From the NCBI GenBank assembly GCA_030704615.1, contig CM060731.1:48980001-49044000 (forward strand): DNA of 64,000 nucleotides. The letters run 5' to 3'. The position numbers were made by a program, and so were the translations under genes. The notes under the pieces were generated by a model, which was given only the letters and a program-made list of their open reading frames with translations, made no database searches and had not been told where the DNA came from. How positions within the stretch are numbered: the stretch's first letter is position 1; each line of letters begins with the position of its first letter. Source of the DNA: Takakia lepidozioides. Taxonomy: Eukaryota > Plantae > Bryophyta. Below are positions 42,337-53,999 of the stretch, piece by piece.

Positions 42337-44672
42337 GGTTCAGACATCATTTCGAATGGAATCTCTGTCGGCTACCTAATGAAGTTCAAACTTCAAACCT
42401 TTGTTGGGTATCTCCGTATCCCACAATGGACATAGGTAGGCATGTCTCCAAGAAGTTTCCCACATCAAGTACATGCACTGAAGAGATACATTGGGTCTTG
42501 TGTCTTCCTTTCAGAGATGGGTATTCAAATGTACACAAAAATATTGAACTCTGATATGCAATCTTCCAGTATACCCATCGTGGTAAAGTGATATTACTAC
42601 CTATTACTACAAAGTATTTGCTTCAGTCAATACATGGGTATTTGGCGCCACACATATGAGTTCAGAGCACACTGCACAGTACGAAAAAGCTCTGGCACGA
42701 TCGCTACTGCTACTGAAAAAACATCTCGTGTCAGATTGTTTCCCTGGTGCTAGCACTTGATTGAAGTAGCCATTACTGGGTGCCAGTGATGGATGACACT
42801 TAGAGAATGTATGATGTATCATCTCAGCTCGGTGGATTTTAGTGGAGTGCTCGTCCGTTGTTAGTAATCGTGTACTCGCACAGTCATTTAAACTTTTGTG
42901 CACATGATGCCTGTGAACCTGAGTACGTATAATGTATGAACAAACACGTTCAATTCTGGGTTTGAATGCGACTTGTAGAGCTGTTGATGAGCTGTTAGAT
43001 GCAAGATGGGCAGCACGTCATGTGATGTGTGCTCTTCAGTCCACGTGAAGATCATTTTGTCGGGTTTCCTGCTGTCTGCACACCATGCAGAAGATGCAAT
43101 GCTTTGTACTTGTACCGAGTACCGTTCTCATTAGATCATCTTCCACCTGAATTGAATTGTACTGACTATGTTTAATTTAATCTCATCGGCATTTACAACC
43201 GATTCTAGCAGTCAGGCTAACTGTCAAAGTTGTATGACATAATTAACTGACAGACAACATGCTTTCCGTTGCAGGTTGCAAATCTTGTGAATGGAATATC
43301 TTGTGACCCCGTGAGTGCTCAAGTTTTGGGGTAAACATATACCTACATGGCCCGGTCTGACTGATGCTATTGATTGAGCACTACCTTTGTAGTGTACACG
43401 CAAAAGAAGTGTTTCAATGAGCTCGTTACTGTACAGAGCAACTGTCAATGTGGAGTCTGCAATTTGCTAAGAAAAAGAGGAGAGAGACACTGTATATTAG
43501 CAAAGTAGCTTAAGGCACGGAGAAGTCGAAGGTAGTCGGCAATGATCGCCGGCAGCAACGTTCGGGTGCGCTTTGTGGCATGGCGGTTCCTGTTAGGGGT
43601 CCACAGCCTGTACCCCACCATTGTGCTCTCTCTCTCTCTCTCTCTCGATGCAGTACGACGCATGTGTGTAGATTTCCCAGTAGAATTCTACCACTTGTCA
43701 GACCTGCGTTCGATATCTCGTGCTGTGTACTTGAGATTTTGGATACTCGAAGGGTTCATTTGACGTCTGATGTCAACAGTTCATTTTATCTAAGGAGACT
43801 TGTTACACTGGAATTCATTTTGCAATCGGTGCTCTGATCGCCATTGCTGTCTATGTCAATAAGCCCTACTAGAGCGTTACATACTGTATGCGGGCCTACT
43901 TATCGAGTTAGCTGAAAGCTAAATTAGGTTTCCGAGGTCTTCACACACACACACATGTTCACACTTGCTCGCACTCGGCAGAGCTGTACGTTTCTCACAT
44001 CCGACAGCTACACGTTCTTACTATATTGTTGGGAAAACGCGAAGCCATGATCAGATTATGAATTATAGCATCAGATGCAGCTCTCTGGAAATCTCAGCGC
44101 CTGCACTCCCAGGGGTCATCTACTCTGGCAGTCGGGATGTGGCCACTACAGCAGGCCAATGGGTTCAAAGAAGTGCAGATCTATATCTATGTAGATCGTA
44201 GCAATTTCCAGTATACCGACCAAAAGGCTTGCATCACAGTGGATTCTGAACAAGAAATTATGATCCGAAGATCAATTCTGCTAGTGCTGTCCAAACTCGG
44301 CAATTGGCAACCTCACTACTGGCTTGATGTAATCACTGAATGACATCACACGAACTAGCACACGAAGTAAACAAGAGAAATCCAACAATGATCAGCAACA
44401 CAAATGGCATTCTTTGCCGACCGATGAAGAGCTTCACATTGAAGTGATGCACTTCGGTGCATGTGGATACGACCCAGCTCGAAGGCGACAACGTGGATTT
44501 GAAACAGATTGTTTAGAAAATACATTAATGGCACAACGGGGCGCTCTAACTTTCCAAGACAGCGCTCGGTTCTTACATCCAAATCTAGGTGAACTTAAAG
44601 AATTATCGGAAATCTTACCTTGAGCCCTCCTGGGCGGTTACAAGGCTGCATCATAGTGTCTTTCAAGAACGA

Positions 44673-45293
44673 TCAGTGCCGGGATCGTCGTCTAGAGAAA
44701 AAAAAAAAAATGGCATTGCGGATAGTGGACCATCGCAAGATACGTAAACCCCTAGAGGAGCCCTTCTTCTCAGGCTTTCGCCTGGATTTGACATCACCTC
44801 CACCAGTCGAGTAACCCATTGGACCGGAGTGACTTGTGCCGTATCCGCTACTCGGGAAGTTGGTACGGGATCCGCGAGGAAGGTCGTATCGACTAGTCAT
44901 AGAGACCCGTATCTGGGCAGGCACTGATCGTGACCGGTGGAAGAAATCGGCTTGATCTTCTACAATTGTTTCTAGGGTCTTCCTCATATGGGGTGCTTTG
45001 TACGATTCCACTCTCGTCATCCTCTGAATGGATGGTTGTTCGGGCACCGTCGACACTCTAGCCATCCTGTAACTGAATGGTTGATCGAGCACCTCGGAGA
45101 AATCGTGCAGGATACGTATCTTTTCTCTCTTACCTGACATATTTGTCCCCGCCCCCATAGAGTGTGGTGCATCATAGTTTTGACGAGGGTCCGCACGCAT
45201 CAAGGGTGCTATCTCCTTTCTCAAATCCGCATCATACAAATTCCTCCTCCCCTGTTTCGACCTTCCCATTCTCCTGAACTTCGAATATGACAA
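44673..45293 (-). CDS. Hypothetical basic, Arg/Ser-rich protein
   Basis: 206-codon open frame only; no recognisable domain. Confidence 0.3.
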   Translation of the reverse strand: MSYSKFRRMGRSKQGRRNLYDADLRKEIAPLMRADPRQNYDAPHSMGAGTNMSGKREKIRILHDFSEVLDQPFSYRMARVSTVPEQPSIQRMTRVESYKAPHMRKTLETIVEDQADFFHRSRSVPAQIRVSMTSRYDLPRGSRTNFPSSGYGTSHSGPMGYSTGGGDVKSRRKPEKKGSSRGLRILRWSTIRNAIFFFFSRRRSRH

Positions 45294-46291
45294 TGTTCCT
45301 CACACCAACTTGCGAGCCGAATGCATACCACCTCCAGAAAACCGATAGCTCTCGAGAAGAAAACCCTGTGCAGCAAAGCTCTCTGATCCAAAGGCGCTCC
45401 ACTTTTGTGCTGGGTAGCGAACGATTGCACGATATATGATTAATGTCCTTCTCTGTTCATGCATCAATTGAACAAGCGGCCCCTCAGTCAAACACGCATA
45501 TAGAAGACTGTCCAAAAGGATGGCCGCCAAACAGTTTCAAGTCTCGACACCTGCAGCCCACCTGTAGCAGGGCAGCCATACTCGGAGAAAATGGAGGGCG
45601 CTGTCTCCCAGCTGCAGATACCCAAGCACAACATAACCTAGACCCACACCAGGCTGTGCCCTGTTGCTCCTCTGACTCTTGACCGATTCCCAGCAGCCCT
45701 GCGCAAGCTCGAAGCTACTTACATGGTCTACGTCTCTCTCTCGCGCAGCGCCCGGCAGCCGCCCTGATTTGCGTTCAACAAAGACTGTTTTGACTGAGTG
45801 GATGGATGATCGTCCACACCAACATCCCATCAGAGTAAGTGGCTGAGTCTTTTTCTTTTGAAAATATCATAGCAATAGACATTTCATTATTCTCTGGAGT
45901 TGTCGCTCTCCCTCTCTCTTTTAATACAGTTGGTGAAGTTGGTATGGTACCCAACAAAAAGGCCATCTTTTCCGCATGTAAATGGGACCCATATATTTAT
46001 GGATGGGCCACCCGTTAGCATGAGAATCTATGGCAAAAGGTGGGCATCATATTTGAATGTTGAATGTGTGATTGAATCTTCTCTATATTTTGTGAATGGA
46101 TGGCCACCTATGGTAACATCTACTGACTCGTCCGGAATGAAGTTGCGGGAAAAAGAGATATACTTCGGCCGAGGTGGCGTAACTAAGAAAACATCAAATA
46201 GGGTAGAGATACAGTTATGGCTTGACAGTTAATGAAATGTGTACAATTTTTTGTATTTTCAACTTTAGAGGCTATGTAAGGGGGTTTATAT

Positions 46292-47020
46292 CAGTGTTGG
46301 GCGGTTCTCTGGTTTTGGGTAGAACCTGCAGGGTAGGTTCTACTTGTGGAAGGTAAATAGAGAACCTCCAGGGCAGGGTACTTAAAAACATGGACAGCTA
46401 GAGAACCTGCGGTGCAGGGTATATCTTCGAGTTACATTTTCGGGGGTATGTTTTATACCGGTTCTTTAATGCAATTATCCGCCAAATCCGGTGCTCGGGT
46501 ATATGGGTAGAGAACCGTAATAGAGAACCAAGAGACCCGGTTCCGAGTCCCGGTTCTGAGTTCAAAAGTTATTATGGACAGAATAAATAAAAAATGTGCA
46601 TGTATGAGATGGCCACAATTATCAATAATTAAGCTCATTTTCTAGCACAACTAACACTAAACTTCCTCTAGATTGCACCGTTGGCTTGTTGGCATTCAGT
46701 TCTAGCATTTTCACTACCCTTCTTCTTCCTCAAGGCTTCCACGCTAACCTTAGATAACTGCCCTTATACCCTAGGTATGTGTCGGGTGCAGTTACCCTTA
46801 CCCTCCCTTCTCATTCCAACTTGTAGGTCGGGTTCTTATGGATACTAGCTATTAGAGAACCGCTGGTTCAGTGAAGTTCAGGGGTAAATAGATATTGGTA
46901 TCCGCCGGTTCAATCTTGACTAGGGTATTTGAAATTTTAATACCCGAGGTTAAGAGGGCATATACCCAGGTCCGGAACCGGCGGTTCTTTCACCCAAAAC
47001 CAGAGAACCGCCCAACACTG
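46292..47020. mobile_element. Non-autonomous hAT element (MITE)
   Basis: Perfect 29-bp TIR cagtgttgggcggttctctggttttgggt; perfect 8-bp TSD gtttatat; agaacc/gggta subterminal repeats. Confidence 0.95.
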
Positions 47021-47902
47021 GTTTATATAGGACAGATTTATTTAGTTGAAAGTTTAATGGAATTATGCCCTTTTTCAAGGTTAAGGAAATTTAGGGAATC
47101 TTGACTCTATTAGGGTGGGCCATGTTCCTATTAGGGTTCACTTTGTTCCTTGGAGCTTGGGATCATCACCATTTTAAAAGATAAGGATATCATTGGAAAG
47201 CTCTTCATCTGCCCCATCTTTTTCTAATTGGAACAATTTTCAATAGACCTCATCTACCTGGAGTAATTTGAGTTTTCACAACTTACCATAATAGCTACAC
47301 CTGCTAAATGACCTTGGGTTGTAACTTGTAACCCTTCTAGAAAATAAAGATACCATTGGAAAGCTCTTTGTATGCCCCATCATTTTGTAGTTATAGCAAG
47401 AGTTCATCGACCTAGGATAAACTGAATGTAAAACAAAGGTTAGATAGTTTATTCCTCTTTGGGTAAATTTATTGACCAATCGTGGTGCACCCACCTTGAA
47501 AATGCTCTAACACCTTCCCGAGATGGGTGTGCCATAGGGGTAAATTGGTGCACCGCACCCCATGTTTGAAGTTGGTGTGAAGATTAGGTGGTCCAGGAAT
47601 TAAAAAGCGGGGGTTATAGTATGCTACACGAGGAGGTGAATTAATAATTGTCATGTAAGGGGGTTAAAAAAAACATAGGAAGGTGAGACCTATTAAATAG
47701 GGGATGGTTCACGCCCCATGGGGAAGCAAGTGTTATCTAGGGGTGACATGTGTTCGAGGGCAACCTTTTAGAAAGGTCCCACTGCTGGAGGGCTCAGCGT
47801 GCTTCTAGAAGGTCCCATAGCCCTCCGGGGGTATATAAAGAGAGCGGGGCTCTCTTCCCCTGCGTCTTATTATTTATTCACTTACTACTTACTAGTACTT
47901 AG

Positions 47903-48701
47903 CAGCGACCAAAAGTACTTGGAATTCCACATCTCCCACACCGCAGATCCAAAAATCATGAGACCAAGCCCTTGCACCCCTCCTCGTCAAGGGCTTTCCA
48001 ACAGCACCAAGCACCAAGCACCGGGGTTGGGGCCTCCCGGTTTGGTACATCTCAACGACGCTACAAAACAAAACAAAACAAACGTCTCGCTTCATATGTT
48101 AAATAGTTCAGGGATGGGGGCTTATTCATCATTTGCTCTACTTCTATTAATTTATTATGTCATGGTTTGGGTGTTTTTTTTGGCCCTACGTGTGCAGAGC
48201 CCCCAAATTCACAAAAAATAGTAAAAAAAGCAAAGTGGGCATTCTTGGGACAATGGTTGGAGCCTCGAGGGGAGAGAGGAGAGATATCATGGCAAGGCCT
48301 CCGATTCAAATCTGGTCGTAGGCTCTCTTGAGGAAAAATGATGAGATATGGCTAAAACGAATTTCAAGTACTTTTGGTTGCAGCTGGACAATGATTGGAG
48401 CCTCCACAATGATTGGAGCCTCCACAGGTGATATGGCTTGCTTCATATATTGATGCACTTGGACTTGGACACTTGGGCCAACGGCACAGGCTACCCTAGT
48501 CAATATATGAAACGAAATGTTTGTTTTGTTTTGTTTTGTTTTGTTTGTAGCGTTGTTGAGATCTCCCAAACTGCAAGGCCCAGCGCTTGGTATTTGGTCC
48601 AATTGGAAAGCCCTCGACAAAGAAGGGTGCAGGGGCTTGGTCTCATGATTTTTGGACCTCCGGTGTGGGAGATGTGGAATTCCAAGTACCTTTGGTTGCT
48701 G
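47903..48701. repeat. Long imperfect inverted repeat (~195-bp arms 47903-48098 and ~48505-48701), fold-back/MULE-MITE-like
   Basis: cagcgaccaaaagtacttggaattccacatctcccacacc... is mirrored by ...ggtgtgggagatgtggaattccaagtacctttggttgctg, including the (caaaa)n tract. Confidence 0.85.
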
Positions 48702-51700
48702 GAAATTCACAAAAAATAGCGAAAATGGCAAAGTGGGCATAAATGGTGCCTACTTGGCCCAGTCACAATGCGTGATCGTGAGTTTGCAGTGATCCACCCA
48801 CAAATGGTGCTGGAGGGTGAGATCTGAAGCAACGTGGACATGGTTGACGCAAGCAATATGGAGTCAACCTCTGTCACAAATGTGTCCATATGCTTCTGCA
48901 CAACCCAGGGTTCATCGGATGTTAGAGATCTTAGCTCAGAATATGCAAACTGCAAGGAATATTGTACAATGTGTTACCCAGGCCCACTCATGTAACTAAT
49001 ATCAAATCCACAATATGTATGGGTTGCTTATATAGGGGTCCAAAATAGAATGCTGTTTAGAACAATGTGGATTGACGTTGAACCATTGTTCATTTCATGC
49101 ATAATGTAGAGTATGCCCTAAACAACCAGTGACCATTATCTGATTTGCATTCAGCAGGCAGCACATCAAATCTTTTACATGTTGTCAGAATCATGAAAGT
49201 TGATGGAATACTGTGAAGAGACAGTGAAACCTTTAAACTAACTATTTCCAAGCTGGTATTCCCCTCCTAGGACTGAGCACTAAGTACGGAGTCATTATGA
49301 ATGTTGCAGAATTCTTATCCCAAGCTGGCTCCCCCCAGTAATCCGCAGTGAGCTGGCCTGCACCATAAGGAGCCAGTCGTCATCCATCCTGGGATACTCC
49401 ATTTCCTTTCTCCAATATAATGACCAAATCTCTAAGGACAAGCACAACAATACAACCATAGCAAACCCAGGAGGGCCTATATATACTGTCAACTTTTAGT
49501 ACAAAGTGTAGGGCACATTGATATGTAAGCTCCTGCAAAATTCGCACCAAAGAAGGTTGAATTGTTCATATACCATTGAAGTATTACTATGCTCAGAGAT
49601 GCACCTGAAAGTACATGCCATTATGGACCTTGATGTGGACCATGAACGGATTATTGGGGTTTTGTATAATGCTGAATGTCTCCCATGTACTCTCTTCTTC
49701 TCTCTCATACAACATCATGTTTGGTTGTGCAAGTGTTGGAGGCTTGAGGTGGAGGAAGAAAAAGTATGTACATTAAGCAGTATCCTGACCACAGACCAAG
49801 GCTCCGCTTCCATCGTGTAAGTGGGCCTGCACTTGGAAGACCTGGGATTCAGCCTCGGTGTTTCACGCAAAGATTCACCCCAACATTGTGGGGAAAGGAG
49901 GGTCACAACTATGGGCGTCGCCTCCAGCAACTGTGGAAAATATGACAGCCACAGAAGGAAGAGGAAAGAAAGTACATACCAGAAGCCCCAGACAACAGAG
50001 AGACCTACCTTAAAAGTCTCCCATGCACAAGCAGACGCGCGGACTACCACCGCTTGACCACCGCCTCCTTCGGCGCATACAAACGTCCCCAGCGTAGCAG
50101 ATTGTAGTGTAATCCTTGCTCCATCCTACGAAGACCACATTCCCCATCATCACCATCCTACCGAGACAGAATTTGATGAAACTATCTGCTGACAGGAACG
50201 CCCCCATCAAAAGAAGACAAACCAAATGAAAACATAAAGCAAATTGCGGGTTCGATTAAAACTGAGATCAATCGCAGAATCTGCCTAACCACATCAAAAG
50301 ACATTGGGGGCGGGTCAAAACCGTAATGCGTCTCTCTCAACTGTCGCAATTAGAAGGGATCTTTGAACCAGAAGACCTTTGCAAATCACCAGGGATTATC
50401 TTGCTAGATTTGAAAACAACTGCCTGGATTAGGTCCCTGGCACAAATGGAACCTAAGAAGTTACCCGGTTTCTGGCTCTGCATTCATTTCCAGTAGGTAT
50501 TGCAACATGGAAAATGTGGAGAGCCTCACTCTGGTTATCAAAACTATTCTGCTTCCTCACTTTGCATATCAAAACTTAAAAATCAATGATCAGAGATGTA
50601 TTTCAAACGCTTGAATGTAATACAACTTTGCATGCACACAATTCTATTCCACCCCAACAAAAACCAAAGAAACATCTTCAAAAGCTACTGGGAGATTGTT
50701 GACACTGGACATGCCATCAAAGGGAGAGAATTGCATATCAAATGGAGAGATCTTGAAGCAATTATCTATGACCACTTCTGGCACTTTTGGAACACTAAGA
50801 AGATTTAAGCTTTCGAATGCTGCTAGGCCGCCAGGCGCTGAGCTCCTTGACGATGTCTGCAACAGTGGGTTTGGCCCCACTTCCAGCCACCAGCCATTGA
50901 ATGTCAATTTCCGATTACGATAAAATGTTATCATGGTAAGGATGGTGTTTCCTTACCCGCGATCTTCCATTCAGGCAACATAATAATGATTTGAGAAACA
51001 TAGACGCAACAGTAATTAGTGAACATTCACTTCCGCACAAAGGCATTAAGAGCAGTTGCAAACTTGCCCCAACTCACCTGTCAACACATGCTCGAAATAC
51101 TTATGAGACACCCCAGCAACCAAATGCCGGTAAGGAGCACGCACGTAGACATACCTTGAGAAGAAAGGGGCGGAACCACTCGTACTAGCAAGCGCTGGTC
51201 CTGTTCGAACTGGTGTGTAGAGCAAGAGGGGAGAGGTTTCCAGTCTTCACCAGAGAGATAATAGAGCTGGGATTCGGCTGGTACATCGGGCTGGTTTCTG
51301 AGCTTGTCAATCATTTGACCAAGGGTGGGTAGTTCTACGAACCCCAAAGTGCAACAGGTGGAATGATTCTTGTGGGCACTCTCCGATGCACCCACTGGGT
51401 CTGCTGGAGTTGAGATGGCATAGGACAAACGGACCTTATCTGGCGGCAACCCAAAGACATCTCCATCGTGGTAGATGAACCACCCATCTTCTGAGAGTAG
51501 ATATCAATCGTCAGCTGTGCGGCAGCCAGTTCTGATATCTCTGTGCAGACAAGGTCATGCAATGGAATGGAAGGCGGAGACCAAGCAAAGGACGCTGACA
51601 ACCGAAAAGGAGCGCAAGAAGCGCACTCCAAATTCGATTCCCACAGGCGGATACTTGAGGAAAAGGGCCTGTATCACAGTTAGAAGTAGCCGCTGAGAGA

Positions 51701-52329
51701 GGAATGTGAGGACACAGAATTATCTACCTTTTCTGTCACTAGAGATATTCACATGTACAGAGCACACTCGGGTACACTATCTTCTCGAAAGAAGCTGCTG
51801 ACACCTCTAGAACTTGCAGCTTCAACCTTGGGTTGGACCCTCAGCACAGTTGCACCCCTGGGACATGCAGGTGGAGCACTCAATCCACCCTGTTTAACGG
51901 TCAAGAGCAGCCAGTAATCCGTACGTATGTAACGCCAGGTACCTCACGGACAGCCGAAATGCATTTAAGCCTGTGATAGGGAGGCCCACGTCAGACGAAA
52001 TGAATAAAGAGACACAATCAGAGGAGAATCTATGAGCGTCATATCCTTCTTCTCTCTCTCCTCAAGGCAGGTTCACACGATAGAACTCCGTCCGTCCCAT
52101 CGGGACGTGGCGGCTGCAGCGGGTGTGGCGGGGCGGGGTCCACCCTCGAGGAACGTTACGGCGAGGAGGAGACGAACGGCCTTGGCCATCGTAGGTACCC
52201 CTTCCTTCCCCGTGGCTATTCATGGCTAAACCTGTGTGTAGGGTTTAGCTGGAGGTCTCTTTGTGAGAGCTACTTTTGTTCTTGCGCAGGGTTTAGGGTG
52301 CTTTCACGCGCGACGCCTTCGTCTTTGAA

Positions 52330-52665
52330 ATGAAAGGTCCAACGGAGCAAGTCGGGTGGACTGTGGAGGAGACGTATGGTTTGTTGGAGGCTTTTGAAGA
52401 ACGGTATGCGCACATCAAAAAAGGAAATTTCAGGCCATCATTGGGCTGCCATTTTCAATAACGTGAATGTGGTCAAACATCCAGGTGCTCCAGAGAAAAC
52501 TGCCAAACAATTGAAAGGAAAGATGGACAACTTGAAGAGACATTATCATGAGGAGAGGGACAAGTGCACTTCCACAGGAGCAGTGCCTTCTAAATGGGCC
52601 ATACTTTTCGAACATGGAACAAATTTTTGCTACAAATCCGAAAACAGGTGGTGTACCGGGTGCTA
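52330..52665 (+). pseudogene. Frameshifted Myb/SANT-like (trihelix) domain, possibly a PIF/Harbinger ORF1 remnant
   Basis: WTVEET..LLEAFEE..IKKGNFR / HW..I..VN..KTAKQLKGKMDNLKRHY..E...TGAVPSKW. Confidence 0.65.
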
Positions 52666-53204
52666 CCCCATAAGATCGGCCACTTTTCTCACTGGCAAGT
52701 TGTGTGCGAGTCTAATCAAAACAAGGGCTTCTGCGTGTTTAGGGTGAAGAGGGGTTCACATGGTAGTGATTTGCTTTTCAATGAACGGTATCAACAGACT
52801 CACCAATTTCAAGAAATTGATATGAGTCATACAGTATTCTTTTTTCCACCGTGAATCGAGCATGTCATCTCCAAGCTCTGGCCAAATTCAACAATGGATG
52901 GTCTCCAACAAAACATATTGTCTAGGTAGTTTCCACCAAGTTTTGTTGCATCTTCGTCTCTTTTTTCTTCTCTCCAAAGTCTTGCAAGCCATGGCAGCAA
53001 ATATACATAATGTAAACGGAGTAAAAGAAGAAACCCCTTCAAGCTCATCTTCACCGACATCTAAGCCAAAGATTAACCAAAAAATCAAATAAATATGCTT
53101 CATGTACACCTAGTACTAACTGTCATAAACAGCTTATACACTTAGTACTCTCTGTCACGGACATACCCCAGAGGAACTTACCAGGAGTAAATACTAGAAG
53201 TTAT

Positions 53205-53340
53205 CAAGTTACCATGTTACCGGAAGTTACCATGACTTACCATGATTTATCATGATTTACCATGATTTATCATGATCTACCATGATTTACCATTACTTAC
53301 CAAGTTATCGGGAGTTTACCAAATTACCAAGAGTAACTTG
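53205..53340. repeat. 10-bp tandem repeat (ttaccatgat-type)
   Basis: catgatttac/catgatttat repeated about 8 times. Confidence 0.85.
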
Positions 53341-53999
53341 GAAAACTGCTCATGAAGCTTCATTTGGAGGAAACTCCTCCATCAAGATACCTCATTTGTT
53401 TAAGGAAGCTTCTCCATCAAGAAACCTCCATAGGGGAAGCTTTTTAAGAAACTTCTTAGTAGCCAGTATATATAGGAGACAAGACTGGACACTCTTCAGT
53501 CTCGCCAACACAAGTTCAAGCTACTCTTGTTCCCAGTCTCAGTACTCCAGTCCAGCTTCCAGTACTTTCACTACAACATATCGCGGTATATATGACTACC
53601 AACCCGCGGTAGTCATGGTTTTCCTGACTATGACCATGACTTCCCTATATTTTTAGACCAAATTGTGCTTTACGTAGTCGTGCAGATGATTATGTAGTCA
53701 CGTAGTCATCCAAGGGACTACCTGGTTAGACGTTTGAATGACTACGTGATTCCGCACTTGACGGAGGGTTGGTCCACGATGGTTGACCAGCGCGAGCTCC
53801 CCACCAAATAGTTGCCTGAATGACTTCTAGTGCTAGCTTGGTACCAAAAAGTTAAAAAATTCAAAAAGTTGCTTGGCTTTATTGTCTCCTGCGCGTTTTC
53901 TTAGTAGAGAGCCAAAGAAATGTTGTGTCATGGAACACGATGATCGGAGGATATGCAGGGGCATAGGATGGAGAAGGGGCGAAGCGCAACCTGCACCGC

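Noticed and set aside
49300-51700. Short ORFs suggesting a gene remnant
   Set aside because: No recognisable domain or consistent splice model.
53205-53340. Tandem repeats as a CRISPR-like array
   Set aside because: No unique spacers, eukaryotic context; a simple minisatellite.
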